A stretch of 64,000 nt of DNA, taken from Klebsormidium nitens. Lineage: Eukaryota > Plantae > Klebsormidiophyceae. Where the stretch lies: positions 1,666-65,665 of the forward strand of contig DF237464.1 of the NCBI GenBank assembly GCA_000708835.1, given 5' to 3'. Positions 25,559 to 37,000 of the stretch are shown piece by piece. Position 1 is the first letter of the stretch, and every line of letters begins with the position of its first letter. A program made the translations under genes and the position numbers. The notes beneath the pieces were generated by a model that was not told the origin of the DNA, did not search any database, and worked only from the letters and a program-made list of their open reading frames with translations.

Positions 25559-28500
25559 TCATGCTGCTGCCCTGTACACGAGCCAAGCCTGTTTGGCGTT
25601 CTTCTCCTTTTCGGCCAATAACGTTACTTTTTGTTCCATGTCCCTCCGTAACTCGATGAGTTTGAGTTGGAAGGCGCTGAACACGGCGTCGAACTCCAAC
25701 GACTCATCTGCCAGATGAAGAACTGAAGGTCAGGAACGTGGAACACGCAATACCCCAATTGACTGCTAGCTCTTCAAGAAACCTTTTTCGGAATGTCCGG
25801 CCCAGGACAGCATGCTAATCGAAGAACGAGATCTTTCTTCGACAAACTCAAGCATTACGAAAACACACACCGCACGACTGGTAGAACCTATCCCTCAAAA
25901 GACCTCCTTCGCGAGGGAGCAACGATGCTTTCATGATGACGCCCTGGCGCTCACCCGTCGTGCTGGCCGCGAGGATGCCCAGGTGTTGCCTCACGTTGTC
26001 CTTCTTGCGCATCGCGTCCCGCCCCGCGCGCTTCGCCTCCGCGGCCAGCGCGTTCTTGCGCTCCCAGTCCCTCTGCAGGAACGCGCGCTGCTTCACCACC
26101 AGCGCGCCCAGGCTCGCGTCGAACGCGTCCGAGCGCTCCAGCTCGTTGAACACCGCCACCGCGTTCAGGTCCAGCACTGCCGGGAGCACCTCTGCGGCGG
26201 CAACACACGACGTCGGCTTGGGAGGCACGCAAGGAAGGCGCTTCGATTTCGAACATTAAATGCAACAATCTTGATTCCGACATTGCATCACTGATAACCG
26301 AGTCCATTGGCTAAAGTGAGGCAGTTGAAGCGGGCAGAAGGTGACTCCTGGACCTTACTCCCAACCCTCGCAACATTTCTTCCGCAAAGCTCCAGGTCCA
26401 AGCTGCAGACGGCCGCCGGCCTCACCGAGCAGGTCCACGATCGCTTGCAGACACTTTTGGCGCGCCGCTCGCACGGGCTCCCCCCCGTCCTGCTCTCCGG
26501 CGGCGCCCAGCCTCTGATCCCGCAGCCCCTCCCGCTGCGCGCGCAGGTGCACGAGCTCGGCCGCGAGGCCGCGCTGCTGCACCTCCAGCACCGCCACGCG
26601 CTCGTCCAGGTCGGCCATCTCGCCCTCCTCTCGCGCGCGCACGTCCCGCGCACCCCGTGCCCGCAGCGCCTGCACCAGGGCCGCGATCTCCGCGTCCTCC
26701 AGGTACTCCTGCTGCGTCTGCTCCGCCGGAAACGTGAGGCCCCGCTCCGCAAGGTCGACGCCCCACGAGGGCCCGCCATGCTGCGCGGCTTCCCCGGGGC
26801 CTTTCTTGGCGCGGGCCTTCTTCGGGCTGCCCGTATCCTTGGCGGACGACTTCTTGCTCCGCACCCCGCTCTCGAGGAGTTTCGCGGGCTTGAGCTTCTT
26901 CACCCGTCCACTCTTCTTAAGCAACGGCTCGAGCGAGAACTCCGTGCTCGGGAGGCGGCCCAGTTGAGCCGAGTTCGGCTGGCCTCCCTGGGCGGCTATC
27001 GTGGTCTCAGCGTCACCCTCGATTTTGCGCTTCTTGGCCAACGGGCCTTCCGACGAGCCGAACGGGAAGGCGGCCCCGCCGGCTGCCGCGCTCCGCCTGG
27101 CCTCTTCGGCCGCCTGGTCCAGGGCCCTCTTCTCGCCGGGCTTGCGCACGATGAGCCGCTTGATCACCTTCGCCTTCGCGGGGGCGTCCTCGCCGGGGAT
27201 GCCGGCTGCGAGGAGGAAGAGGCGAGTGATGAAGAATTGAGCCCGGAACAGTCTGCCATCTCAAGCGCGGTCCAAAAAGCATTGCGGATGCAGAGAAGAA
27301 GACGACGGAAGATGGAGAGTGGGTGGAAGTCTCTCCGCACCATGATAGTGAAGAACTCCGAACCCTCTACGTGATAGCTTACGAGCTCGTGGGAGGTAGC
27401 CACGTACATTCTCCCCGTGCTGACCTCCGCGGATTCAAAGAAGTCCGCATAGGGAGAGCGTCCAAGTCGCAATTTGGAAAAGAGAAGAGGCCCCAGGCAG
27501 TTCGCAACCAAAGACTTCGTGACTCCATAAAGTCCAATCTCTGTGCGAACGATGATGTATATCCTTTCGAGGACGTTCGGAACACTAGAATATTTGTCTC
27601 CTGAGAAGTGCACAAAGTCACAGTTGTGACCAGTCCTACTTTTCTCTGTAGGCGTCGTTGACCTCTGGCGGAATCGAGCAGGCAGTGCAGAGCCCGGGAT
27701 CCAAACGAAGACGGACGAGTCGTCCCAAGTCACCAGACTGTACTGCTAAAGCTAGAAAGACAATCAGGCTGACAATATCAAGACATGACGGTGAAAGTTG
27801 TCGTCAGAGTTGGATGAGTACGGTTTAAATTAAGATGGAAGAAGTTCATTCCTTACATACGACATGGGGTTTCTGGAAGCAGTACTCGCCACTCGAGAGA
27901 TTATGGCGACGACCCTCTACACAAGAGCTCAGGGGAAATACTGACACGAAACGTTGCCTGTCACGCGGGCGGCGCCAGCCTCTCGCCCACTCACCGGGTG
28001 GCACTCTGGTGAGCCGCTTCAGCTTCTTGACGGCGTGCACCGCCTCCGGCTTGGGCCCCGGCGTCTTCACTTTAGTGGGCGCCCCCAAGGCGAGCGCCTT
28101 GCAGATGTCGGCCTTGAGGTCCGGCACCTTGATGAGCTTCTTGTGGATGTCGTTAGCGCCCGACAAGATGAAGAGCAGCAGCGACAGCAGCGGCTGGTGC
28201 AGCGACCACACCGTGTCCGCGTCCACCGCCGGCGGGCCGGCCGTCAGCAGCGCGCGCACGGCGCCAGGGCCGCGCGCCTTGATGACGTCCTCCACCCCGA
28301 ACAGGATGTCCTTGGCGCCCTTCTCCTTGAGCCGCATGTTGAGAGCGGGCCAGGACGCGGGCCGGTGGACCAGCGCCTCGTAGCTGTCCATCACCAGCTG
28401 ACTCAGCTGCAGCCGCACAACATGACGGGCCAAGGACGTCAGCGGGTCTGGTGGGCCGTCGCACAGCGTTCTACTCGCTCGAGGGCTCCAGAAACTTGTC

Positions 28501-29842
28501 TCGAATATAGTTAGAGTTGCTCTGCCCACGACCAGCAAGCCCTCGTTGCTTTTATCGAGAGTTTCGGTTCTTGATCTGCACGCGGTTCCAATGAGCGAGC
28601 AGCTGTGGGTAAGTCGAAGCACAGCAACCCCGTTGCTCGATTTTGATTGTCTGACTGGGAAATTCAATCAGTGATGTTCGGTACAAGCCGCATTCTTCGA
28701 TAAAAATGGAATCAATTTTCCCTCTCGAACAGAGAGTGAACCAACTAGGAACTGTGACCAGGGTTGCTTGTTGACATTGAGAAACGTTGAAGCAAGAGGA
28801 CGTCTTCCCAGAGTTCTTTCCATGCCCAAGCTTTCGTCCTCCATCCAGAGTTTTCAGAACGCACCGAGTGCTGCAGAGCTCGTTTTGACGGTTTGGTTGT
28901 GCTGAAATCGTAAGAATTCAAAGTCCTTCTCGTGCTCTCCCACAAAACGATAGACAGAACAGCTGAAGGGGGGCAACCGATTCCAGTTTTCGCTGGAATT
29001 TTGTCCCCAACTTGATAGTTGATATTTTCCAGATTGTCAATTCGGAGAAGTACTTCGGTGCTCTCAGTGCCGATTCTGCTCCATTTCCATGTTAGATAAG
29101 CCCCAGTGGCCTTGACTATTCCCTTTTAAATGTCGGATCAAAGAAGGTAGGTCCATCGCCACAGAGATATCCGCTATGACAAGCCCATTCCTTCGAAGAG
29201 GAGAATTCGGAGGCGTTCCACTAACAGCCTCAACGTCCGGTTCTGTCACCGGCGCTTTGCATATGAGTAAACCGAAAAGCTGGGTTCAAGAACAACCTCC
29301 CGGAAGACCTGGCTTTCCAACTGCGTGAATTTGCCTGGCCTGATTGCTTCCAATTGGTCGTATGACCATGAATCAGTTTAAAATGCTTTCCCAACAAGTG
29401 AGAATGCTAGAGCATCCACCACGGTGAAGTGTGGGCGTAAATCCATTAGCAACGTCGAAATTTGGTGCCTGGGCGAAAATTGCTGGGCCTACAAGCTTTG
29501 GCAAATCGAAATCACTGATAGTTCCGTTTCCATCAAGGCATTCTTCACTCACTTTTTCTTGTCTCTCTGCACCGGCCCAAAGGGGCAGCTGCGAGGCTCC
29601 TTCCGTTGGCGTGCGCGCATCTACAAGCAGTAGGAAAGGAGTGGTTGCAACTTCAAGCCAGTTCATCATCAAATCAGGACGATACTACAACCATTAAGAG
29701 AGTGGCTGAAAGTGCAGCCACAAAACAAACGGTCTTCAAGCAAGGCAGTCAGCAGAGCGCGCCGGTTTCAACCACACATACCTTCAAGTACTTGGTCCGT
29801 CAGGTTTGCGGTCTGTACTTCCTTTGTTTCAAGAGTGTCCAT
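25559..29842 (-). CDS. Hypothetical protein, basic/NLS-like middle and coiled-coil C-terminus; 5' exon structure uncertain
   Basis: Well-supported exons: about 28392-27995 (helical domain), about 27205-26360 (KKRK, SKKSSAK, coiled coil), about 26180-25955, and 25707-25559 (ends ...AWLVYRAAA-stop, phase-compatible with the preceding exon). Candidate first coding exons 29842-29782 (MDTLETKE..., GTATGT donor) and from 29620. The junctions between 29500 and 27200 could not be resolved. Confidence 0.55.
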
Positions 29843-31034
29843 CCCTGTCAGATGCCACATATAGTCAGTCAGCTTAGACAAGTTTATGGTATTATTGGAA
29901 GTGCCAAACTTGCTGGACAAATCACCTCAAGCCCACATGATAAAATGCGCTCTTGATGGATTAGCAAGAGCGCAGATCAACATTTTCAACAGCCATGCTA
30001 GCATTTTGCTGTAAGATTTGGGGCGCAAGACAGCAGAGAAAAGGTCGTGCCAAGGCTCTACTCCATTCAGGACTATGGCACCGCTTGGGGCTAGCGTCCT
30101 CGTCACAAGTGCATTAGTAGCAAGTATATTGCTTGATTGGTTGGACTTCCTGAACAATACTGTCTGCTAAGAGGTTGCCAGGGCATGTGCAGCTACTGAT
30201 GAAAGAGCCAAAAGTTCGAACGCAAACCTGCTTATGATCCACTGGTGATATGGAGAGAGCTTTCCCAGGAGTTGTGTTTGAGAGGACCTCCTCCGGCACC
30301 GAGCATCCGGCGATTGCTCGTCAATGACCAATCTGCTCGAATTAAGCAGGCTTATCCGAATGCCACCCAGAGGCGTCGTAGCAAAGACGTTGTGATTCTC
30401 TGAAGCAACATGTAAGAGCTACTTTCTGTTCTGAGAGCCGGGCTTGCCCAGTCAAGGACGAGTATGATCACCAGCTTCAACAAACCCTACACCACCACTG
30501 ACAATCTGAAACAGAGACAAGAAGTCGAACATCCGAGATCTTTGTGAAGAGTCGAGAACGTCGACACTCTCTACAACATAGATGGTAACTACTATTATAG
30601 CAATGTCGGATGACTGAGCTCGTTCTGCTGCTGATATACATTCGTGCTATCAAGAACTCCTGGGTCAAGCCGCCAAGATTGTTGGCGTGACATCATGCCC
30701 TCGTACTAAGCTTAGGCACGTTTCTTGAAGATGTTGGACCCGACGGCTCAAAGATAGACGAGCTCCTGAACCAGAAGGCCGGACAGCATGAGCACCTTCA
30801 ATTGATCTGCTCAGAGTCAGATGGCCGCCATATCTCGCTTCCTCGAGCATGACGATAATTTTTCGAAGCTCCGTCGATACATGTACTTTGCCCGTCGACT
30901 TATTTTTGCCGCTTCCAACCGCGCGCATATTTAGATTTGACGATTACACCGATCGACGGCGCCGCGGAGGCGACCAGACAAGCAAACAGCCCCAGCGGCG
31001 CAACGAAGACCTAAAGACGGCCGCATGACGTTAA

Positions 31035-32019
31035 CACTAGGACCGATAACCGTGCCCAACTGGGCACGGCGTGCCCAAACGGGCACGGTTAACTTGATTT
31101 CGATTTAACGGTCGTAATTTTTACGATTCTTGGAAATATTCGAGGTTTCGGCACATAACTAGACTTAGTGGTTATAGTAGGTCTGAAAACCGGCCGGTGA
31201 CCCTAAATTTGGGTTAGGGTTTATCGTTAGCAAACGAGGGGTTAGTAAACAGCCAATAATTGATAAAATTTGATATATTCGGGCAACGACGGTCAAATCA
31301 AGCATCGTAACCACGTGCACAAACCCAAAACGGCCTACCAAACTCATTCCAACACATCAAATGTGAAAAAACGGCTAAACATAATCGGTTTATGATTCTT
31401 CTCTATTATTTTGACCCTTATTTCACCCCTGTTCGAATGCGCGAGTGAACCCCGTAGCTATACTAAATCAAAAGATGTGATGTTGCAAACAAGCGTAATG
31501 TAGATGTCAAACACAAGGTTTTGTCCCATGAGAAGCTCCGGAGTTCGAACGAGGGCAAAGTCCATGTTTTTGGGAATGGAACGTGGCTATTTCAAAAAAA
31601 ACTGCGAATAATGATGTTCCGTGGATCAAAGTACATGCATGGACTTGAGCGATTTTTGCATTTTTCTCAATACTTGCCATAGGAAAGCTTTTTAGCATCT
31701 CTTTGAACACCTAAGAAAAGTCTACTTGAAATTGTGGAGTGAAGGTGCTCATACTACTATATAACCATAACCGGGCCCAAACGGGCACGGCTGGATTTTG
31801 GCCCAGTTTTTGCTGCAGACCCATTCTCCTTTCATACTTTGTATACAAGTCAAAACATAGATTTTTTGATAACCCAAGGCGTTGCCTCTTAAAAGGTACC
31901 CACATAATCACATAGTAGAAAGGATTTCTTCAAAAACTTGTATTTTCCAATCAGATTGAGGCAAAATGCAAATAATTTAACCGTGCCCAATTGGGCACGG
32001 TTAGCAATCGGTCCTAGTG
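31035..32019. mobile_element. Non-autonomous TIR DNA transposon (MITE-like, 985 bp), piggyBac-like end structure
   Basis: Perfect 13-bp TIRs CACTAGGACCGAT (31035-31047) and ATCGGTCCTAGTG (32007-32019), flanked by TTAA on both sides (31031-31034, 32020-32023). Subterminal palindromes of the form CCGTGCCCAA..TGGGCACGG at 31048-31069, 31070-31090, 31769-31790 and 31979-32002. The interior is AT-rich with no transposase-like ORF. Confidence 0.9.
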
Positions 32020-34049
32020 TTAACCGATAGAGACTCACCGTTCCACCGTCCAAACGTCACGTGTGTACGTCACATGAGCGGCATTGCCGGCCATTGTGGC
32101 CATTTGGGCAAGCTGCAAAATATGTATCTGAGAATTCGGCGTCCAACCTCCAACATAGCCAGGTCCCCCAGGCTGGGTCTGAAGGTCTGAGCTGCAAAAC
32201 ATGCAGCCACCCGAGCCTGATCATCGAACGTGACATGCAGCATATTGGCCAGGGCGCCCTGCATGAAACAGAAGGAACTGGCAAATACCTACATAGCAGC
32301 GAGATGCCACACTTCCTCATGCATGGGTTGGCATCGAGTTGAATGCTAAACATATTATCATCGGCCCCGCGATCATAACGTGTTATGCGCCTCAAGCATG
32401 CGCCTTCCGGAGTTGCAAATCTGAGCAAGTGCAGAGTCGAACAGGATTGGCTTCCTTTTTCGAGATGCGGACGCCCGTGCCTGGTAGCAGGCGGCCAGCA
32501 GCTGGTGCTAGGAGCTGCTTGTGCCTTTTCGTATTCAGGCGTGACGGCAACAGCTGATGTTTGACACTTGTACTACAATCTCGGTTGCAGGGGTGCTAGC
32601 CTGCTGACTAGATCTTGCAAACCTTTAGTAATGCTCATTTGTTAGTTGTCAAAGACTACCCGCGACCTTGCAGCAACCTTCCAGCGTGCCCAGCAGAGAT
32701 AGAGGAGCTGGGCCGGGACTCTTGCGGCCAACTTGAAGGCCTCCCAGTGGACCTCGGAAGTCGGCTTTCGCAATGATCCTATGTAACTCGCTAGGCTGCA
32801 TGTCTTCAGTTGCGAGTTGGCAGGTTGCATGGGCCGTATGGTCGAGAGCTCGACAAAACGACGTCAGAGCACTCTCTCTTGACGATCATAATTCTGGCGG
32901 ACCCATTCACGAACCATGCTAAAATGACCATGATCTTCCGTACGCTCACAGAGCGAAGATGAATTAAAGGATCCTGTTCCATACTGCCCAGAAGGAAGTC
33001 CATACGATCGCGACGTAAGATGAGGCTCGGCAACAATGTTCTCTTACATTCAATGATTCGAACCGTATAAACTAGCAAGATCTTACCTTAATCAAAGTGC
33101 TGATACTTCCGCTGATGTCAGCGGGCTGCACTATTCCAGGAACAGATCGGACCACTAGCGTGAGGATTGGCAACAACTTGCGAAGTGCCAAGCCTGCGAG
33201 CGGGATAGTCGGAAGAGAAAACAGAATTGCCGATGACCAGGGTGACAGGGTAGGTAATTTGTGACAGCTGAGGCTATGCACGTCATGGTAAAAACGTGAC
33301 TGACTTTCTTTGACAAACCCAAGCGGCCTGAAACGAACGGGTCGATCTAGCGGCCCAGTTGCTCAGTTGGAGAATCGTGCCTGCATGAGCTTATGCAATG
33401 CGAACCGAGCAGGGCCCTTTCAGCCTGGTAAATGTCCTTGCAGCTCGACTACTTTTATGGGCGTATACCTAGTGCAACAGCTAGGCAGGCACGTGTACAA
33501 TTGGGTGCTTACATGGATCAGGAAAGTGTTGTTCCTGTCGGATGCATCTTTACGTGTGCACTTCGGCACATGTTAGGGTCACGCACAATCAACTTGTACG
33601 ATATCGGGCGAAACGGCTCTTACAGACAGGATCAGAAGCCGTCAGTCTTGAGAGTTGAGTCAAGTACTAGGTTAAATCTAACTTTGGCACCAGTTGAGTC
33701 TCAGAGGCTCAATCGGCTCAAGCAACATATCAGGTCTGCGAAGAGATTGAGCAGCACCGCACGTCACTTGGGACCAAGGTAGTTGCACTGGATGCCTCCA
33801 AGCAGTACAGGATCTACCATTCAAAACAAATAGATGCATGGAAGTCCCTCGGCTGCCAGATTCTTAGGTTCACTAGCTTATGATTATACACTGCGTGGAA
33901 GTATTCTACTTCTATCCCGTGACCACAACCTGTGGCCGGCCCTCTGTGAGTATATATTACGCGCGCTGCAGTGATCTATCAGACCGTTACAGTTATCTGG
34001 AAGGATGATTCGTTTCGTAGCGCACCTTTCTTCCCGGAACCCTTTTATG

Positions 34050-37000
34050 TCAATAATTATCGGTGCTCTCTACGGACTGCCTGGAAGACGTCGATTTCGT
34101 CATCGACGTTGCCTCTTGCACCTCAATTTCAGTGCTTTCTGTTGACTGCCTGGAAGACGGCAATCTTCTCATCGACGTGGCGTTTTGCACCTCCAACTCC
34201 GCATTCGCCTTGTCCGTAGTTTGTAAGGACTTTCGTCGTAGGGAAGTGGCTCTACGGAACGCATGGCTTCGCTCGCTTTGCTCCCCGTCCCCTCTTCTGC
34301 TACTGCCAACGTCACCTTGACTGACGGCTGACGCCAGGCCTGGTTGCACCAAGGCGAGCCCCTTTGCAAGTCGACCAAAAGAAGGTGATTGCCCGAGCCT
34401 GGTGGACCGGCCAGCCAAAACCTTCGCGGGAGCCAGATTCGATTCTGAAAGGGACGTCTCCAGCGGCCGACCCTGCGTCACGGCCGTGCCGGGCCGCCAG
34501 TCGACCAGCGCGGGGGGGCTCACGGGTGCTGCCAGGGCCGTTGTTGGCCGCACGATCATACCCTCCTGCCCCGCACTGGGTGTGGAAATCAACCGTCTCG
34601 GCGCAACGGTCGGGCGTTTATGGCGGTCCTTGTCCGTTTGGCCGGCGCTTGCTGAGGCGGCGAGCGCTCCACGGGCGGGAGCCGGGCCAAAGTGCGGCAG
34701 GCGGGGCAGAGGCAGGGGGTTCGCCAGCTCGGCGAGTGCCTGCTCAGGGGACGCCTTCTGCAGCTCAGAAGTACGTCCGGGGGCCTTTGCGTCGGCCCGC
34801 CCCGCCCATTGGCCCCACTCACTTGCGCCTTGCTCCGCGAGACTCTCTTCATTCTCGAGGCCCTCTCCACTCTCCGGGTCATCAAAATCCCCTCCGCCAG
34901 TCCCCCAGGCGACCGGCCCGCCGCGCAGGCTGCCGTGCGCGGCGGCCGGGTCCAGGTCGCGCAATTTCTGAGTGAGCTGCCTTTGAATGGCGCGGCTGTG
35001 CGCGACGCGCGCCTGCTGCTGCCGCAGGAGCGCCTGCAGCGTGGCCACCTTGCGGCTGGTGTCCGCCAGGTTGCCCAGCAGCACCACGTTCTCGCCGCGG
35101 ATGCGCTCCATGTCCGCGCGCGTCTTCTCCTCCGTGCGCGCGATCGCGTCCTTGAGCACCTTCACGAACCGCTCCAGGCACCGCCTGCGGATAAGAGCCG
35201 TGCATAGTCAGAAGCACTTCAATTTAACACCCCAGGTTTTGGCAAACAGTGGCACTCAATCTCGCGCAGCTTCATTGGATGCGCTGTGCAAAAAATTTGG
35301 AAACCGACCTCAAAGGAATGTCGCTGAGCGCAGCTCAAGTCCGCCTCTTCCTCAAAAGCAGAGCACTGTAAGCGAGTCAGGCTGGAAGCGCTCTACCCAT
35401 CCTGGATGCGGGTTGTGGGCGGGCATCAAGTAAGCCCCGTCAAGGACAGCGCGAGGTGCCCAGAGAGCGCGGAGCGCGTGCCCTGCGCGCGCTCACTTTT
35501 GGCGGAGGATCTCGTCGTCGGCGACGCGCGCCTCGGCGACGGCGGCGGAGCGGTTGTCGTCGACGTAGGCGGCGTAGAGCGCCTTGATGCAGCGCGGCCA
35601 CTCGGCGCTGTCCTGGTCGCGCACCACCTTGCACAGGTCCGCCGTGAACAGGTCGATGTACCGCTCCTTGGCGTGCACCGCGCCGCGCAGCGCCTCCATC
35701 TCGCGCTCCTGCGCCGCCACCTTGGCCTTCAGGAAGCGCTGCGCTTCTTGCCACGTCCAGAACTCCGCCGCGAACGCCGCCTCGCGCTCCTCTGCCTCCG
35801 CCAGTTTCTGCACCACCACGCACGGCAAGTGAGGAGCAGAGACCACCTGAGAGAGTCGAACTCGCAGACATGCGCACGGGGTGTACCTTTGCCCTGCCTG
35901 TCACCTCTCCTCGATGCGTCAGCACCCAACGTTAACCAGTCTGCAGACACGCAAGATTGAAGCTTGCACAACGCTGACATCAACATGGTGCGTTGCCTGT
36001 CGGTGGACACCCCGTCTGCCCCTCTGGCAGCGGAGTGGGCGGGCGTGGCCGCGGGCGCACCTGTTTCTGCGCGGCGTTCTCTGCCTTGAGCGGCTCCTCG
36101 GTGCTTTCGAGCTTCCTGATCTTGGTGTCCCGGATCATGGCGTACGCCTCGTGCTCGCCGATGGTCTTGCGCATGCGCAGGATCTCGTCCTCCTTCTCCA
36201 GCAGCAGCTGGTCCGTGTCGCGCCGGTGCGCCTCCAGCACGCCAATCCTGCCACGCACCGCGAGTCAGGCAACGAGCAAAGCAGATGCGGGAGGCTGAGG
36301 AACATGCCGTACGACCAAAAGACCGGCATAGCGGGGGATCTGGAGGCTGATGCAGGGAAAACAGAATGTGGAAGGCCCCTACAAATTGCATCTAGAAGAC
36401 GACGTGCCTTCAGGAACGTCTCGGACCCACAAGGCAGGTTTGGAGAGATGTCCACTCACGACTGTCCTATTTATAAGTGGGTCCCGTAATCCTGAAAACA
36501 GAATACCCTCACCACCATTTCCGTTAGCATTTCAAAGCAATTAATTAGTGCGAGAGGTGCCCCGGTTCACTCGAACCACAGTGTCAGGCAGACCTCCCGA
36601 ATCATTCATCACGCGTAAGCCTGGCACCAGAGACGACAGCACAAGGCTCTAACGACACACTACTACTTGTCATATAGCCTCCTCTTCGGAGCGCCCCCTG
36701 CAGTTTGTCCTTGTGTGCGCGGCCTCACTTGTCCCGCAGCACAGCGTTCTCGAGCTCCAGCTTGCGCGCCTGCTCCTGTCGCTCGCGCACCTCCTGCTCG
36801 AGCCGGATCTTGCGGCCCTCCGCCTCGGCGGCCTTGTTGCGCTCAAAGATGGCCTGCCCGCGCGCCTCGAATGTGCGCTGCACCTGCGTCTCGTACTCTG
36901 TGCGCGCGCGCGTCATCACGTTGTGCAGCTCCTCCTCGTTGATCTCGAACTCCTCCACCAGCTGCGTCTGCACCCCACGTAACACGAGCCACGTCAGTAC

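Noticed and set aside
31200-31225. Telomere-like CCCTAAA / TTAGGGTTT inside the TIR element, and isolated telo-box-like motifs (e.g. 43894-43902)
   Set aside because: One or two units each; too short to call interstitial telomere or to support a regulatory claim.
32050-33900. Possible minus-strand spliced gene (phase-compatible candidate exons about 33197-33087, 32797-32681 and 32553-32057)
   Set aside because: The joined peptide is Cys/Trp-rich, has no recognisable motif and no clear start. It could be chance splice-like signals or UTR.
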